UHGV virus genome: UHGV-0087599
Length of the DNA stretch: 63,129 bases
Origin: a virus
Direction: 5' to 3' (one strand)
Shown: positions 55,169-63,129 of the stretch, in pieces
Numbering within the stretch: position 1 is the first letter of the stretch
Layout of the letters: every line of letters starts with the position of its first letter
The notes under the pieces: generated by a model
Seen by the model: only the letters and a program-made list of their open reading frames with translations
What the model was told of the DNA's origin: nothing
Databases searched by the model: none
Made by a program: the position numbers and the translations under genes

Positions 55169-56848
55169 TTAGCGCCCGTCGTTGACGGTGAAATGTGCTG
55201 TGCCGATGTCGATGAAGTGTACGGGCTCCACTCCGCGTAACGTCACAGTGTACCAAAGATGCCGTCCCATACGCTGGATGCGCACAGGTTTTTCTTCTCT
55301 GACCATCCTGTCCAGCATGGCGCCGTCGTGGGGGTTTTTGATGGTCACATCCACAGGGCCGCCACCCACCTTGCAGGATACGGGGGCCCAGGCGACGCCA
55401 CGGGCGGGTCCGGCATTATTGAGACTGTTCTGGCCCACGGCATCGCCACCGGACGTAAGCGGTCTGCTGCGCCAGATATAAGGCCGGTATTGTGCTGCAC
55501 TGTCCCAGCCCCATACCTTGTCATCTTCCAGCAGCAGGAGCTTGCCTGTGTTCGATGTGAGACATGCGACCGGTCTGTCGGACAATGTGACAAGCTCGGC
55601 ATCTTTCATATCGCCGAAGGGGTCGCTGTCAATATCCAACATGAAAGTCGCCATGTCCGTAGCGAAAAAGAGAAACCCCTCCCAATACGCCATGCGGATG
55701 GTATCGGGCTTGATGCGTTGCCAGTCGCGTTCACCAAACCATTTCTTTGTGATGACATGCCAGGAGCCGGTACCGGTGAGCAGGACAAGACCCATCGTGG
55801 ATGCATAGATGAATCCGTGACGGGTCATCACAGCAGCATTGGCATAGCGACAGCCGATGTCAGGCAACGGCGTGTCGATGCTGATGACCGGGGTGCATTT
55901 GGTATCATCACAACTCGATATGTCGATGATGTATGGGGAACCATCGGTGGTGACACAGAGCTTGAAATCCTGCTCCCCCATGTGGATGATGTTATGGTCC
56001 AGAGTAAGGTCGTACTTCGCGGGCCAATTATGCGGCTGAAAAACTTCCGACAGGAAGACCTTGTTGTTTCTCCACCCGGCAAGCCGGATGCTGTCCCGGA
56101 CAGAGACCACACCTTGCATCCTGTCAGGCGGCATACGGTCTTCCTGGGTCTCCAACGCGGCGCCGAGATAGGCTGTCTCAGTCGTATCAATGAAGGAAGA
56201 CATCCCGACAGGCAGGGCAGCGACGAACAAGAACGCGGTCAGCTTCTTCTGCACCTTACCGTCTGCCGGTCTGAAACCGGTGGCGGCTCTGTAGAGATAC
56301 ACCCACTTGATGCCGTAACCTTCGGGCGGGTTGACTATCCCCGAAACCGTCACACCACTACCATCTTCGACCCGCACGATATTGCTGGCCGGGGACGGAG
56401 CGCTCTCTTCCATCCGGGCATTGACGTAGGTGTAGACATAGGCCCGGGCGTCGGCTTCACGACTGCACTGTTCAGGTGCGGAGGCCACGGGCGGATACAT
56501 CGGTGCCGGTACGCCAGCATAGTAGTACACAGGCTGGCAGGAACGGTAGTTGGAGAGTTCCACGACTTCGAGCCCATGCCCTTCACGTCCTGTGATATAG
56601 AACGACAGGTGGTCAGGATTGAGGTCGGCAGCCATGACTTTGTCCGCCCACGACACCATGCAGCAGCCGTGCATATGGAACGACCGCGCATTCTCGACAG
56701 TATCATACAGGGGGAGCTTTTCACGCCACGCTTCCAGGCGACCATTACGCAGCAGTGCGTCGTGGGCCATGGTCGCCTGGGTCGGCGCCAGCGAATGGTC
56801 AGACAATCGCGGGATGATACCGCCGAAACTGGAGAGGGTGATATTCAT
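55169..56848 (-). CDS. putative tail (nozzle or tubular) protein, 559 aa
   Basis: Size and position only. Confidence 0.4.
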   Translation of the reverse strand: MNITLSSFGGIIPRLSDHSLAPTQATMAHDALLRNGRLEAWREKLPLYDTVENARSFHMHGCCMVSWADKVMAADLNPDHLSFYITGREGHGLEVVELSNYRSCQPVYYYAGVPAPMYPPVASAPEQCSREADARAYVYTYVNARMEESAPSPASNIVRVEDGSGVTVSGIVNPPEGYGIKWVYLYRAATGFRPADGKVQKKLTAFLFVAALPVGMSSFIDTTETAYLGAALETQEDRMPPDRMQGVVSVRDSIRLAGWRNNKVFLSEVFQPHNWPAKYDLTLDHNIIHMGEQDFKLCVTTDGSPYIIDISSCDDTKCTPVISIDTPLPDIGCRYANAAVMTRHGFIYASTMGLVLLTGTGSWHVITKKWFGERDWQRIKPDTIRMAYWEGFLFFATDMATFMLDIDSDPFGDMKDAELVTLSDRPVACLTSNTGKLLLLEDDKVWGWDSAAQYRPYIWRSRPLTSGGDAVGQNSLNNAGPARGVAWAPVSCKVGGGPVDVTIKNPHDGAMLDRMVREEKPVRIQRMGRHLWYTVTLRGVEPVHFIDIGTAHFTVNDGR

Positions 56849-56851
56849 GGG

Positions 56852-58195
56852 TCAGTCCCAAAGTTCTTCAGCTTTGTACTTGTTGACAGAGTCTACGCCG
56901 CCAGCAGGGCGTATATGAAGACTCACCGGATACCCGGAAGGGAACCCGGAATCCGAATGCAGGATGAGCTCGTGCTCCCCTGCCATCCACACACCGGCGG
57001 GCTGCACACGCGCAAGGACGGTGGACGAAAAGTCGAGCGTGGTCTCGGCTGTATGCGGGTCATCGGTCCCACTCACAGTAGTCTCAGCCGTGGCCGTGGT
57101 GCTGCACCGCAGGATGTTGGACTGAGGCGTACCATCGAGCCGGACCTGGAGCTGCGAAATCCATTCTCTGGTCGCGACGGTCAAGATGTCGATGACGATG
57201 GGCACGGCAGTGCGCAAGGTGAAACCGATGACCTGCCGCACGATGTCTCCAGCAGGGGCAGGGAGCAGAGTATGGATGGCATCAGGGCGTTGCGTATCTT
57301 CGATAGCCACCACAGAGCCAAGCGCGTTCAGCTCCACGTTGAAAGGCCCAAAAGCATACGTCTGCGCTTGGACGTTGATGCTCTGCGTCAGGTTGAAAAT
57401 ACGGTTCTTGAGGTCGAGCTGGATGTCATAACCACCGAGCTGGTAGATGCCTTCCAGCGCATTCGCCGGTTTGCTCAGAGAGACTGTAGCGATTCCGGTC
57501 TTGTTGTCAGTGGATACGTCTATGCCGTCACCAGGAACGAGGGCATTCACCGTGCCAGACGTAGTCGGTTCCGTGTATTCCACCAAATGACCGTATTGGT
57601 CGAAGCGCATACCGTTCACGGTGGTGTTGAGACCACCGGTCTTGTGCGCAATGACCAGAGCATCGTCAGCAGTCCCAGCGCCGGAAACGGTAACGCCGTT
57701 GTTACCAGCTACAATGCGCAACGTCTCCGCAGAGATGTTGGCCTTGATACGGTATGGGTCAGAAGTGGTGCCGCTGCCGCTGACGACGATGCCGTCATCA
57801 CCCTTGATGGTGCACCGCACCAACGGACGCCCAGAAGCATCGCAGGTGTAAAGATTACCGACCAGCGTAGAAGCATCACATAAGGAAACGTCTTCACCGG
57901 ACGACGCACAATCGGCAGGAACTTCCGTACAGGACGGAGGCACATACAGCGACACGTCAGCTTTCTCCAGACCAACGATACATCCGTCGGCTATGATGAT
58001 GCGGTCGTAGACACCATCAGGTGGCGGCGTTCCGGGCTGCATCTTCAGGCAACTGTTCTCTTGCCACAAACGTCCTCCCCAGGGGAGACACAACGAAAAA
58101 TCAGGGCAACGAGACGGAGCCTTCGATTCCTGAAGGATATTTCCATCACAATCGAATGCCATACGGGGGGAACATTTATCTTTCATTGGTGTCAC
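56852..58195 (-). CDS. putative tail protein, 447 aa
   Basis: Size and position only. Confidence 0.4.
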   Translation of the reverse strand: MTPMKDKCSPRMAFDCDGNILQESKAPSRCPDFSLCLPWGGRLWQENSCLKMQPGTPPPDGVYDRIIIADGCIVGLEKADVSLYVPPSCTEVPADCASSGEDVSLCDASTLVGNLYTCDASGRPLVRCTIKGDDGIVVSGSGTTSDPYRIKANISAETLRIVAGNNGVTVSGAGTADDALVIAHKTGGLNTTVNGMRFDQYGHLVEYTEPTTSGTVNALVPGDGIDVSTDNKTGIATVSLSKPANALEGIYQLGGYDIQLDLKNRIFNLTQSINVQAQTYAFGPFNVELNALGSVVAIEDTQRPDAIHTLLPAPAGDIVRQVIGFTLRTAVPIVIDILTVATREWISQLQVRLDGTPQSNILRCSTTATAETTVSGTDDPHTAETTLDFSSTVLARVQPAGVWMAGEHELILHSDSGFPSGYPVSLHIRPAGGVDSVNKYKAEELWD

Positions 58196-58462
58196 CTCTG
58201 TTGAAAGTGATACCGCATCCGTACTTAAAAGAAAAGAGCGCTTGACTTTACGGAGGCGCTGCGGTTAAATGGGCTTCGACGACAGAGATGCCGGACGGGC
58301 TGATGAACATGGTGCTGTTCTCCGCCGACGCGGTGAGGCTTTCCTTACGGGTCTCACCGCGTCACACATCTCTTGGTACGCTCGGCCATGTGCGCGTTAT
58401 GAGCTTGCGGAAAGGCCCCCGTTTCCTGATGGGAACGGGGGCCTTCGTGTTTTTGTCTGGGG

Positions 58463-59218
58463 TTAAAGGGCTCTGCCGAACCCCATCTTGATGATTCCGC
58501 GTTGTCCTTGCAAGGCAGCGTCCTGGGCCAGTTTGCCCAGCATACGTCGGAATTCGGCATACAATTCGCTGCCGACTTTGAGATTGGTCCACGGACGACC
58601 TGTGATGAGCATGATGGAAGCCCGCGTCCCCATGATGAGGGCAGGAAAAAGTTCATGCTCGAACTGGCTCGGAAGAGCGCAGCTATTGCGCCCAGGGACC
58701 ACACCCATGGACACGCGAAGTTCTCCGCCACAGTCGCACATGCACGCATGGAGAACTTGTTCGTCAGGGTCATACCAGACCTTGTCCCCGTGCAAACGGG
58801 GCCACTCTTCTGTGGCTACGAGAGTTCTGCGTACATCATGGAGGCAACTGTCGCCGCTTGTCGGATGATGCGAAACGCCTGTCAGGGCCGTCATTTCCAT
58901 CCCATCAGGCGATTTCACTGCATACCGAGTGACCCCAGGCTGCAATTTGATTCGCACCGTCCGCGTCACAAGGGGCGCCTTGCGGCACATCTCGATGGCA
59001 GTACGGAGCAAGTAATAGTCAAACAGCTCCGCCGGAAGGTCTTTCCATTCGAACCGGAGTTCGGCATGGAACTCACTTAGCGGCGTTGTTGGAAACGGCT
59101 CGTACACGACCATCAGCATTTTCCTCCAGCAGTCTGCGGGCTGTCTCAGCTTCGACCAGCTTGAAATAGGTATCTCTGTGAGATGCCGCAAGCTGCGTGA
59201 TGGTGGGGTTGTTCTCAC
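58463..59218 (-). CDS. hypothetical structural protein, 251 aa; start may be the internal Met at 59119
   Basis: ORF overlapping its upstream neighbour by 40-145 nt. Confidence 0.35.
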   Translation of the reverse strand: MRTTPPSRSLRHLTEIPISSWSKLRQPADCWRKMLMVVYEPFPTTPLSEFHAELRFEWKDLPAELFDYYLLRTAIEMCRKAPLVTRTVRIKLQPGVTRYAVKSPDGMEMTALTGVSHHPTSGDSCLHDVRRTLVATEEWPRLHGDKVWYDPDEQVLHACMCDCGGELRVSMGVVPGRNSCALPSQFEHELFPALIMGTRASIMLITGRPWTNLKVGSELYAEFRRMLGKLAQDAALQGQRGIIKMGFGRAL

Positions 59219-59762
59219 TGTCCATGCTCAGGGCCCTGTACAGCATCCACTGCTTGACCATAGGCACGAGTGCAGCAGGGACATCGGTGTCGTCATCATA
59301 CCCATCAGGGATGACATAGCACTCCACGAGGACATAGTGGTCGACGCGGTCAGACCGCGATACTCCGGGATATACCCGAAACATATTGTCCACCGTGGCA
59401 CTGATGGAATACCCGGTAAGGGCCCCGCCGCTGTGACACTTCGAAGCAGGGCCGCTCCAGATGTTGTCTTCATCATCGGTCACACGGGACAGCTTGCGAA
59501 GAATCTGCTGCCCGTCCCGTGTGACTTCACCCAGGATACGTTCGATACGCTCGCAATCGCAGGTCTTCTGCCATACTTCTCCAGGAACCAGCTTCACGAT
59601 TTTGTGCTGCATGAATCTGTCGCTGAAGCGTTCGCTCACCATGAGCAGGGCTTCGGCCAGATAAGACTGCAACTGGGAATACACCCAATGCGTGAAGGCA
59701 TACCCGGGTTCCTGGTCATTGAGGTCCCGGGATACTTCCAGGATGATGGTAGATACCTTCAT
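59073..59762 (-). CDS. hypothetical structural protein, 229 aa
   Basis: ORF. Confidence 0.4.
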   Translation of the reverse strand: MKVSTIILEVSRDLNDQEPGYAFTHWVYSQLQSYLAEALLMVSERFSDRFMQHKIVKLVPGEVWQKTCDCERIERILGEVTRDGQQILRKLSRVTDDEDNIWSGPASKCHSGGALTGYSISATVDNMFRVYPGVSRSDRVDHYVLVECYVIPDGYDDDTDVPAALVPMVKQWMLYRALSMDSENNPTITQLAASHRDTYFKLVEAETARRLLEENADGRVRAVSNNAAK

Positions 59763-59768
59763 GGAAGA

Positions 59769-60272
59769 TTACTCCGCAGACTGGAGCAGGGCCGCGATGT
59801 CGGCCTCGATACCGTGGTAGTAGGTGTCGAGAGGCTGGGCCGCGTAGGGCATACGGGTAGCTTCTTCGACGCTTTTCGAGGTCGCGATTTCTTCCATCGT
59901 GGGCTTATGCTCACCAGAAAACGTCTGGGCCTGTTTGATGACCGTGGCCTGCGCTTCGGCCAGCAGAGCGTCACGTTCGGCAGGCGTGTATTCTGCCTGA
60001 TTGACGGTGGCAAGCCACGCCTTGGGGTCTGTGTTGCCGTTGCTATCGCAGCATTCCATGATGTCACGCTGCTCGGCCAGTGTCGCATCCCAAGGAAAGA
60101 CGATACCGTTCTTCTTGCTGCGCAGGTGCGAAGAACGCGGCAACGGAGGAACCGCGTTCTTCGCACCTGCGGCGTAAAGGGCTTGCTGCCGTGCAGTGGT
60201 GTCACGGACATCGAGGATGTTATGCAAGTCCTGGGGCGGGACAGGGGTGGCATCGACGAGAGGCTGATACAT
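59769..60272 (-). CDS. hypothetical structural protein, 167 aa
   Basis: ORF. Confidence 0.4.
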   Translation of the reverse strand: MYQPLVDATPVPPQDLHNILDVRDTTARQQALYAAGAKNAVPPLPRSSHLRSKKNGIVFPWDATLAEQRDIMECCDSNGNTDPKAWLATVNQAEYTPAERDALLAEAQATVIKQAQTFSGEHKPTMEEIATSKSVEEATRMPYAAQPLDTYYHGIEADIAALLQSAE

Positions 60273-60310
60273 AGTGCTGTTCTCCTTTGTATGGGTGGAG
60301 GGTATGGAAC

Positions 60311-60532
60311 CTACGCAGACGGCTTCTTCAGGAAAGCCGAGCCGGGGTCGTTACCGAAGCCGGTACTGGCGACTCGCAACCCCATGATGGTGCGCCGGGC
60401 ATCTTCAGAACTGTTGGACAGCTCCTTGATGGGGCCATTCTGCGCCTTGAAACGAGGGGTAAAGGTACTGCCGCCGGAAACAGCGTCCTTAGACGCCGGA
60501 CCCGTAGCCTTGGTGTTGGCGACGTTAGCCAT
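60311..60532 (-). CDS. small structural protein, 73 aa
   Basis: ORF. Confidence 0.35.
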   Translation of the reverse strand: MANVANTKATGPASKDAVSGGSTFTPRFKAQNGPIKELSNSSEDARRTIMGLRVASTGFGNDPGSAFLKKPSA

Positions 60533-60544
60533 GGCAATTCCTCC

Positions 60545-61366
60545 TTAGCCGACCTGCGTGGAACCTTCAAAGGCGAACAGCTTGGCCGACATGTACACGG
60601 CGATGTTGGACTTCCACACGGCCTTGAGGCGTTCAGCATCACCAGCCACGAACTTGTAGCCCAGCAGCACCGCGCCGTAGTGTTCATCGAGACCTTCGGT
60701 GGCATTGCCCTGTTCGTCGTATTTCACCATGTTATGCCCGAAGGTGCAAGGCAGAGCGCCCAGAGACTTGGATTCGGTGGTGGTTTCCACACCGGTCACA
60801 TTGCCGGGATCACCCTGCACGGTCGATTTGGACGTGGAAGACACTTCGGGCAGACCGAGGCGGGCCAGACCCCACAGCTTGTCGCCTTCTTCGGGGGTAC
60901 CCAGCGGGAACTGCGTGATGCCGCTGTTGGTCACAGCAGTATCGAACTCGGCGATTTCTTCATACTTCCAGTCTTCGGTGGCGAAGTCCCACGAGACACG
61001 CATGGCGCACGGTTTGATGTACACACCATCCAGATTTTTGTCCGTAGCAGACACCTCGTAATGGATGGCTTCGACCCAGGCCCGCAGCGGGACCCAGTTG
61101 AGCATGATGGTATCACCGACAGCGGCAACTTTCTTCAGCGCAGTGCGCATCCAGTTGTGGCCGTAGGTATCCGCCAGATTGGGCACCAGGGGGAAATGGA
61201 GGTTGAGATAACCCTGCCCATAAGCAGCATCGGCATGGGAGTCATACGGGGGAGTGAAGGCCGCATGAGGGGCGCTGAAAGGCGGCTTGAACTCGGGCCA
61301 GTCGCCCCGGCAGAACCAACCCTTGAAATCGGGCGTACCGCCTCGGAACATATTGATGTTAGCCAT
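60545..61366 (-). CDS. structural protein, 273 aa (capsid-associated?)
   Basis: Directly downstream of the putative major capsid gene. Confidence 0.4.
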   Translation of the reverse strand: MANINMFRGGTPDFKGWFCRGDWPEFKPPFSAPHAAFTPPYDSHADAAYGQGYLNLHFPLVPNLADTYGHNWMRTALKKVAAVGDTIMLNWVPLRAWVEAIHYEVSATDKNLDGVYIKPCAMRVSWDFATEDWKYEEIAEFDTAVTNSGITQFPLGTPEEGDKLWGLARLGLPEVSSTSKSTVQGDPGNVTGVETTTESKSLGALPCTFGHNMVKYDEQGNATEGLDEHYGAVLLGYKFVAGDAERLKAVWKSNIAVYMSAKLFAFEGSTQVG

Positions 61367-61378
61367 TGTCTGGTTCTC

Positions 61379-62332
61379 CTAGTTGATAGGGTCGAAAGTC
61401 CAGTAGCCCATCGCAAGGGCATCGGGGTAGATGACTTCGGCGCCCCAGGCCACGAGGTACTGGTACCGCACACCGAAGCTGTTGGGGTCGCTGGTGTTGA
61501 GTCGGGCCTCGATGATGTTGGAAGCATACGCGGTGGCTTCCTTATGGCCCGCGAGGATGAAGAAACAGAGGCTACCGGACTGGTCGCGCACCACAGGCAC
61601 ATGGATGGATTCGATGACCGTGAAGCCCATGAGCGGGTGGTCCCACATACCGGACACGATGCCGCCACAGTTACAACTGTACAGGCTGTTGCTGTAGTTG
61701 GACATGGCGAGATAGGTGCGGAGCTGCGGCGGCACGATGATGAACATTTCATTGTCGACCCAGCGCTTGGACTCGATGAGGACGCGCTGGAGGTCGGCCA
61801 GAACCTTGGGAAGATTCTGCGGCGTCACATGCACAGGTTGGCCGGGCTTGCCCAGATTCACGTCCTGGTTCATACCAGCGAGGTCGAGACTCGTGCGCGG
61901 AGAAACTTCGGCCATCATGCGGCCCAGGACGAAAGTGCGCATGGTGCCCACATACGACTGGTACATGGATTCCAGAAGTTTTTCTTCGTAACTGGGCCAG
62001 CGCTCGCAAGCCATCTTGATGTCGGTGGAGTCGAACTTGATGTCCTGATAGCCCATGTAGCAGATGCTCAGACCACGCGCCTGCGTACTGACAGTGTTGG
62101 GCACAAGCTGCTGGTTCTTCTGATACGAACGCAGCGGGCCCACTTCAGGGGCATACATGAGCTGAATAGTCTGGTTACATCTGGTCACAGGTTCCAGAAG
62201 TTCAGACGCCGTGATACGCGGCAGCCAGTCGTTTTCGTACACGCGGGACAGAATGTGGTCGCTGTAATCGACACGGGCGAGAGGTGTGGCCTCAATGCCG
62301 GTGTACCCGCTTGCGCTGGGGAAAATAGGCAT
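61379..62332 (-). CDS. putative major capsid protein, 317 aa
   Basis: Immediately follows the scaffold-like gene; the size is compatible with an HK97-fold capsid protein. No sequence motif confirmed. Confidence 0.4.
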   Translation of the reverse strand: MPIFPSASGYTGIEATPLARVDYSDHILSRVYENDWLPRITASELLEPVTRCNQTIQLMYAPEVGPLRSYQKNQQLVPNTVSTQARGLSICYMGYQDIKFDSTDIKMACERWPSYEEKLLESMYQSYVGTMRTFVLGRMMAEVSPRTSLDLAGMNQDVNLGKPGQPVHVTPQNLPKVLADLQRVLIESKRWVDNEMFIIVPPQLRTYLAMSNYSNSLYSCNCGGIVSGMWDHPLMGFTVIESIHVPVVRDQSGSLCFFILAGHKEATAYASNIIEARLNTSDPNSFGVRYQYLVAWGAEVIYPDALAMGYWTFDPIN

Positions 62333-62350
62333 GGAAAAGCTCCTTGAAGG

Positions 62351-63129
62351 TTATCCGGCGGCCCGCAGCTCTTTCAGCCGCGTGCGGTATTCATCCGGGG
62401 AAATCCGCCGCATTTGGTACAGGCTGTTGAGTTCAGCCAAGGTAAGAGTGGGTTTGTCGGCAGAAGAAGTCGCCGGAGTAGCGGCCCCACCCGCCACCTG
62501 CACAGGCGGCACAGTAGTGACCTTGCCATTGTCAGGACGGTTCTGTTTGAACTTGTCCACGATGTCGATGACATAGCGCGTGTTACCGGCGTAGAACTCC
62601 TGCGTAGCCGCCTGGTCACGACTCCGGCTGCTCAGACCGTCAGGTTCCTGGAGATATTGCAGGAAAGCCGGGTCATTGAACAGGATGTAGAAATCAGGAT
62701 GCACTTGCAGGATTTCACCAGCGTAACGCGCTATCTGTGCCTGCTGCGTAGCGTTGAGCGCTTCGACACGATTGCGTTCGATGTTCTCACGCTGGGCCTT
62801 AACTTCAGCCGCAACGCTATCAATAGGCTGCTTCAGCATACGCGCTGTCATAACAGCGATACGCCGGGCGTCGGCAGGGTCCACCGTCTCCAAAGCGTTC
62901 AGCTCATCGGCGTTGTCGAGACTCGCCAACATGGCCTGCTGCTGGTTGGCAACTTCGAACTCAGCATTGTGTTTCTGCATCTCGGCCAACTGGTTGGTGA
63001 GAATATCACGTTCATGCGTAAGCTGCTGTATCTGCTGCGTCTGCTGCGTCATAAGCGCAGCCTGGCGCTGCTGCTGGGCCATGAGCATATAAGGGTCGAG
63101 AGGCGGCTGCTGGACCGGCTGCTGGACCG
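62351..63129 (-). CDS. C-terminal part of a junction-spanning Q-rich putative scaffolding-like protein; full gene runs 187..1 then 63129..62351, 322 aa
   Basis: Minus-strand frame from ATG at 187 (MSNNPAAPGGNTS...SESQQPVQQPVQQPVQQ) continues in phase through the junction codon (1, 63129, 63128 = ccg) into PVQQPVQQPPLDPYMLMAQQQRQ... of ORF 62351..63088. Total 966 nt. Gln-rich with probable coiled coils; lies immediately upstream of the putative capsid gene. Confidence 0.6.
   Translation of the reverse strand, partial: VQQPVQQPPLDPYMLMAQQQRQAALMTQQTQQIQQLTHERDILTNQLAEMQKHNAEFEVANQQQAMLASLDNADELNALETVDPADARRIAVMTARMLKQPIDSVAAEVKAQRENIERNRVEALNATQQAQIARYAGEILQVHPDFYILFNDPAFLQYLQEPDGLSSRSRDQAATQEFYAGNTRYVIDIVDKFKQNRPDNGKVTTVPPVQVAGGAATPATSSADKPTLTLAELNSLYQMRRISPDEYRTRLKELRAAG
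63106..63129. repeat. 12-nt tandem repeat gctgctggaccg x2, continuing at 1..55 (circular closure)
   Basis: Identical unit and phase to the window start. Confidence 0.9.

Noticed and set aside
1-63129. Temperate lifestyle (integrase, attP or repressor)
   Set aside because: No tyrosine or serine recombinase motifs, no CI-like repressor pair, and no tRNA-like attachment-site candidate were seen. The genome looks lytic. The only recombinase-like gene is the insertion-sequence TnpB.

Overview
The window is a complete, exactly circular ~63.1-kb genome of a high-GC tailed dsDNA phage. Both ends carry the same 12-nt tandem repeat, and one gene reads in frame across the 63129->1 junction. There are no sheath or tape-measure genes, and there are two internal virion proteins of more than 1100 aa, so it is podovirus-like.

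Layout:
- **Minus-strand block (~40 kb), 19989 down to 1, wrapping to 63129 down to 42496.** From upstream to downstream it carries a DnaQ-like exonuclease, a beta-helix protein, dUTPase and a wHTH regulator. Next come an IS605/IS1341-type solo TnpB insertion, a lysis cassette (lipoprotein, M15 endolysin, membrane protein) and three mosaic tail-fibre paralogs, two of them with Mtd_N-like N-termini. The block continues with TerS, TerL, portal, small genes, a junction-spanning Q-rich scaffold-like gene, a putative capsid gene, about 15 virion/tail genes, a collagen-like fibre and an Ig-like protein.
- **Low-GC plus-strand cassette (12632..14122)** sits inside that minus block and carries a tail-collar domain protein.
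- **Plus-strand replication block (20685..42350).** It starts with a gene tightly flanked by 33-bp inverted repeats, followed by an ori-like region with palindromic TTTCGCGAAA iterons and a (TA)n tract, then four small early genes. Further genes are a MoxR/CobS-like AAA+ ATPase, a VWA/CobT-like protein, a HicA-like gene and a family-A DNA polymerase. The polymerase is interrupted in motif B by a 386-aa intein whose HNH endonuclease lies in a different reading frame. The block ends with a Cas4-like nuclease, a VRR-NUC nuclease, a 4x-repeat HTH protein, an SF2 helicase and an AEP primase fused to a D5-like SF3 helicase.
- **Convergence point at ~42.4 kb** with a bidirectional terminator.

No integrase, RNA polymerase, reverse transcriptase, tRNA or CRISPR array was recognised; tRNAs could not be ruled out without a search. 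Gene coordinates follow the ORF track (stop codon included), with starts moved to internal Met codons where the evidence field says so.
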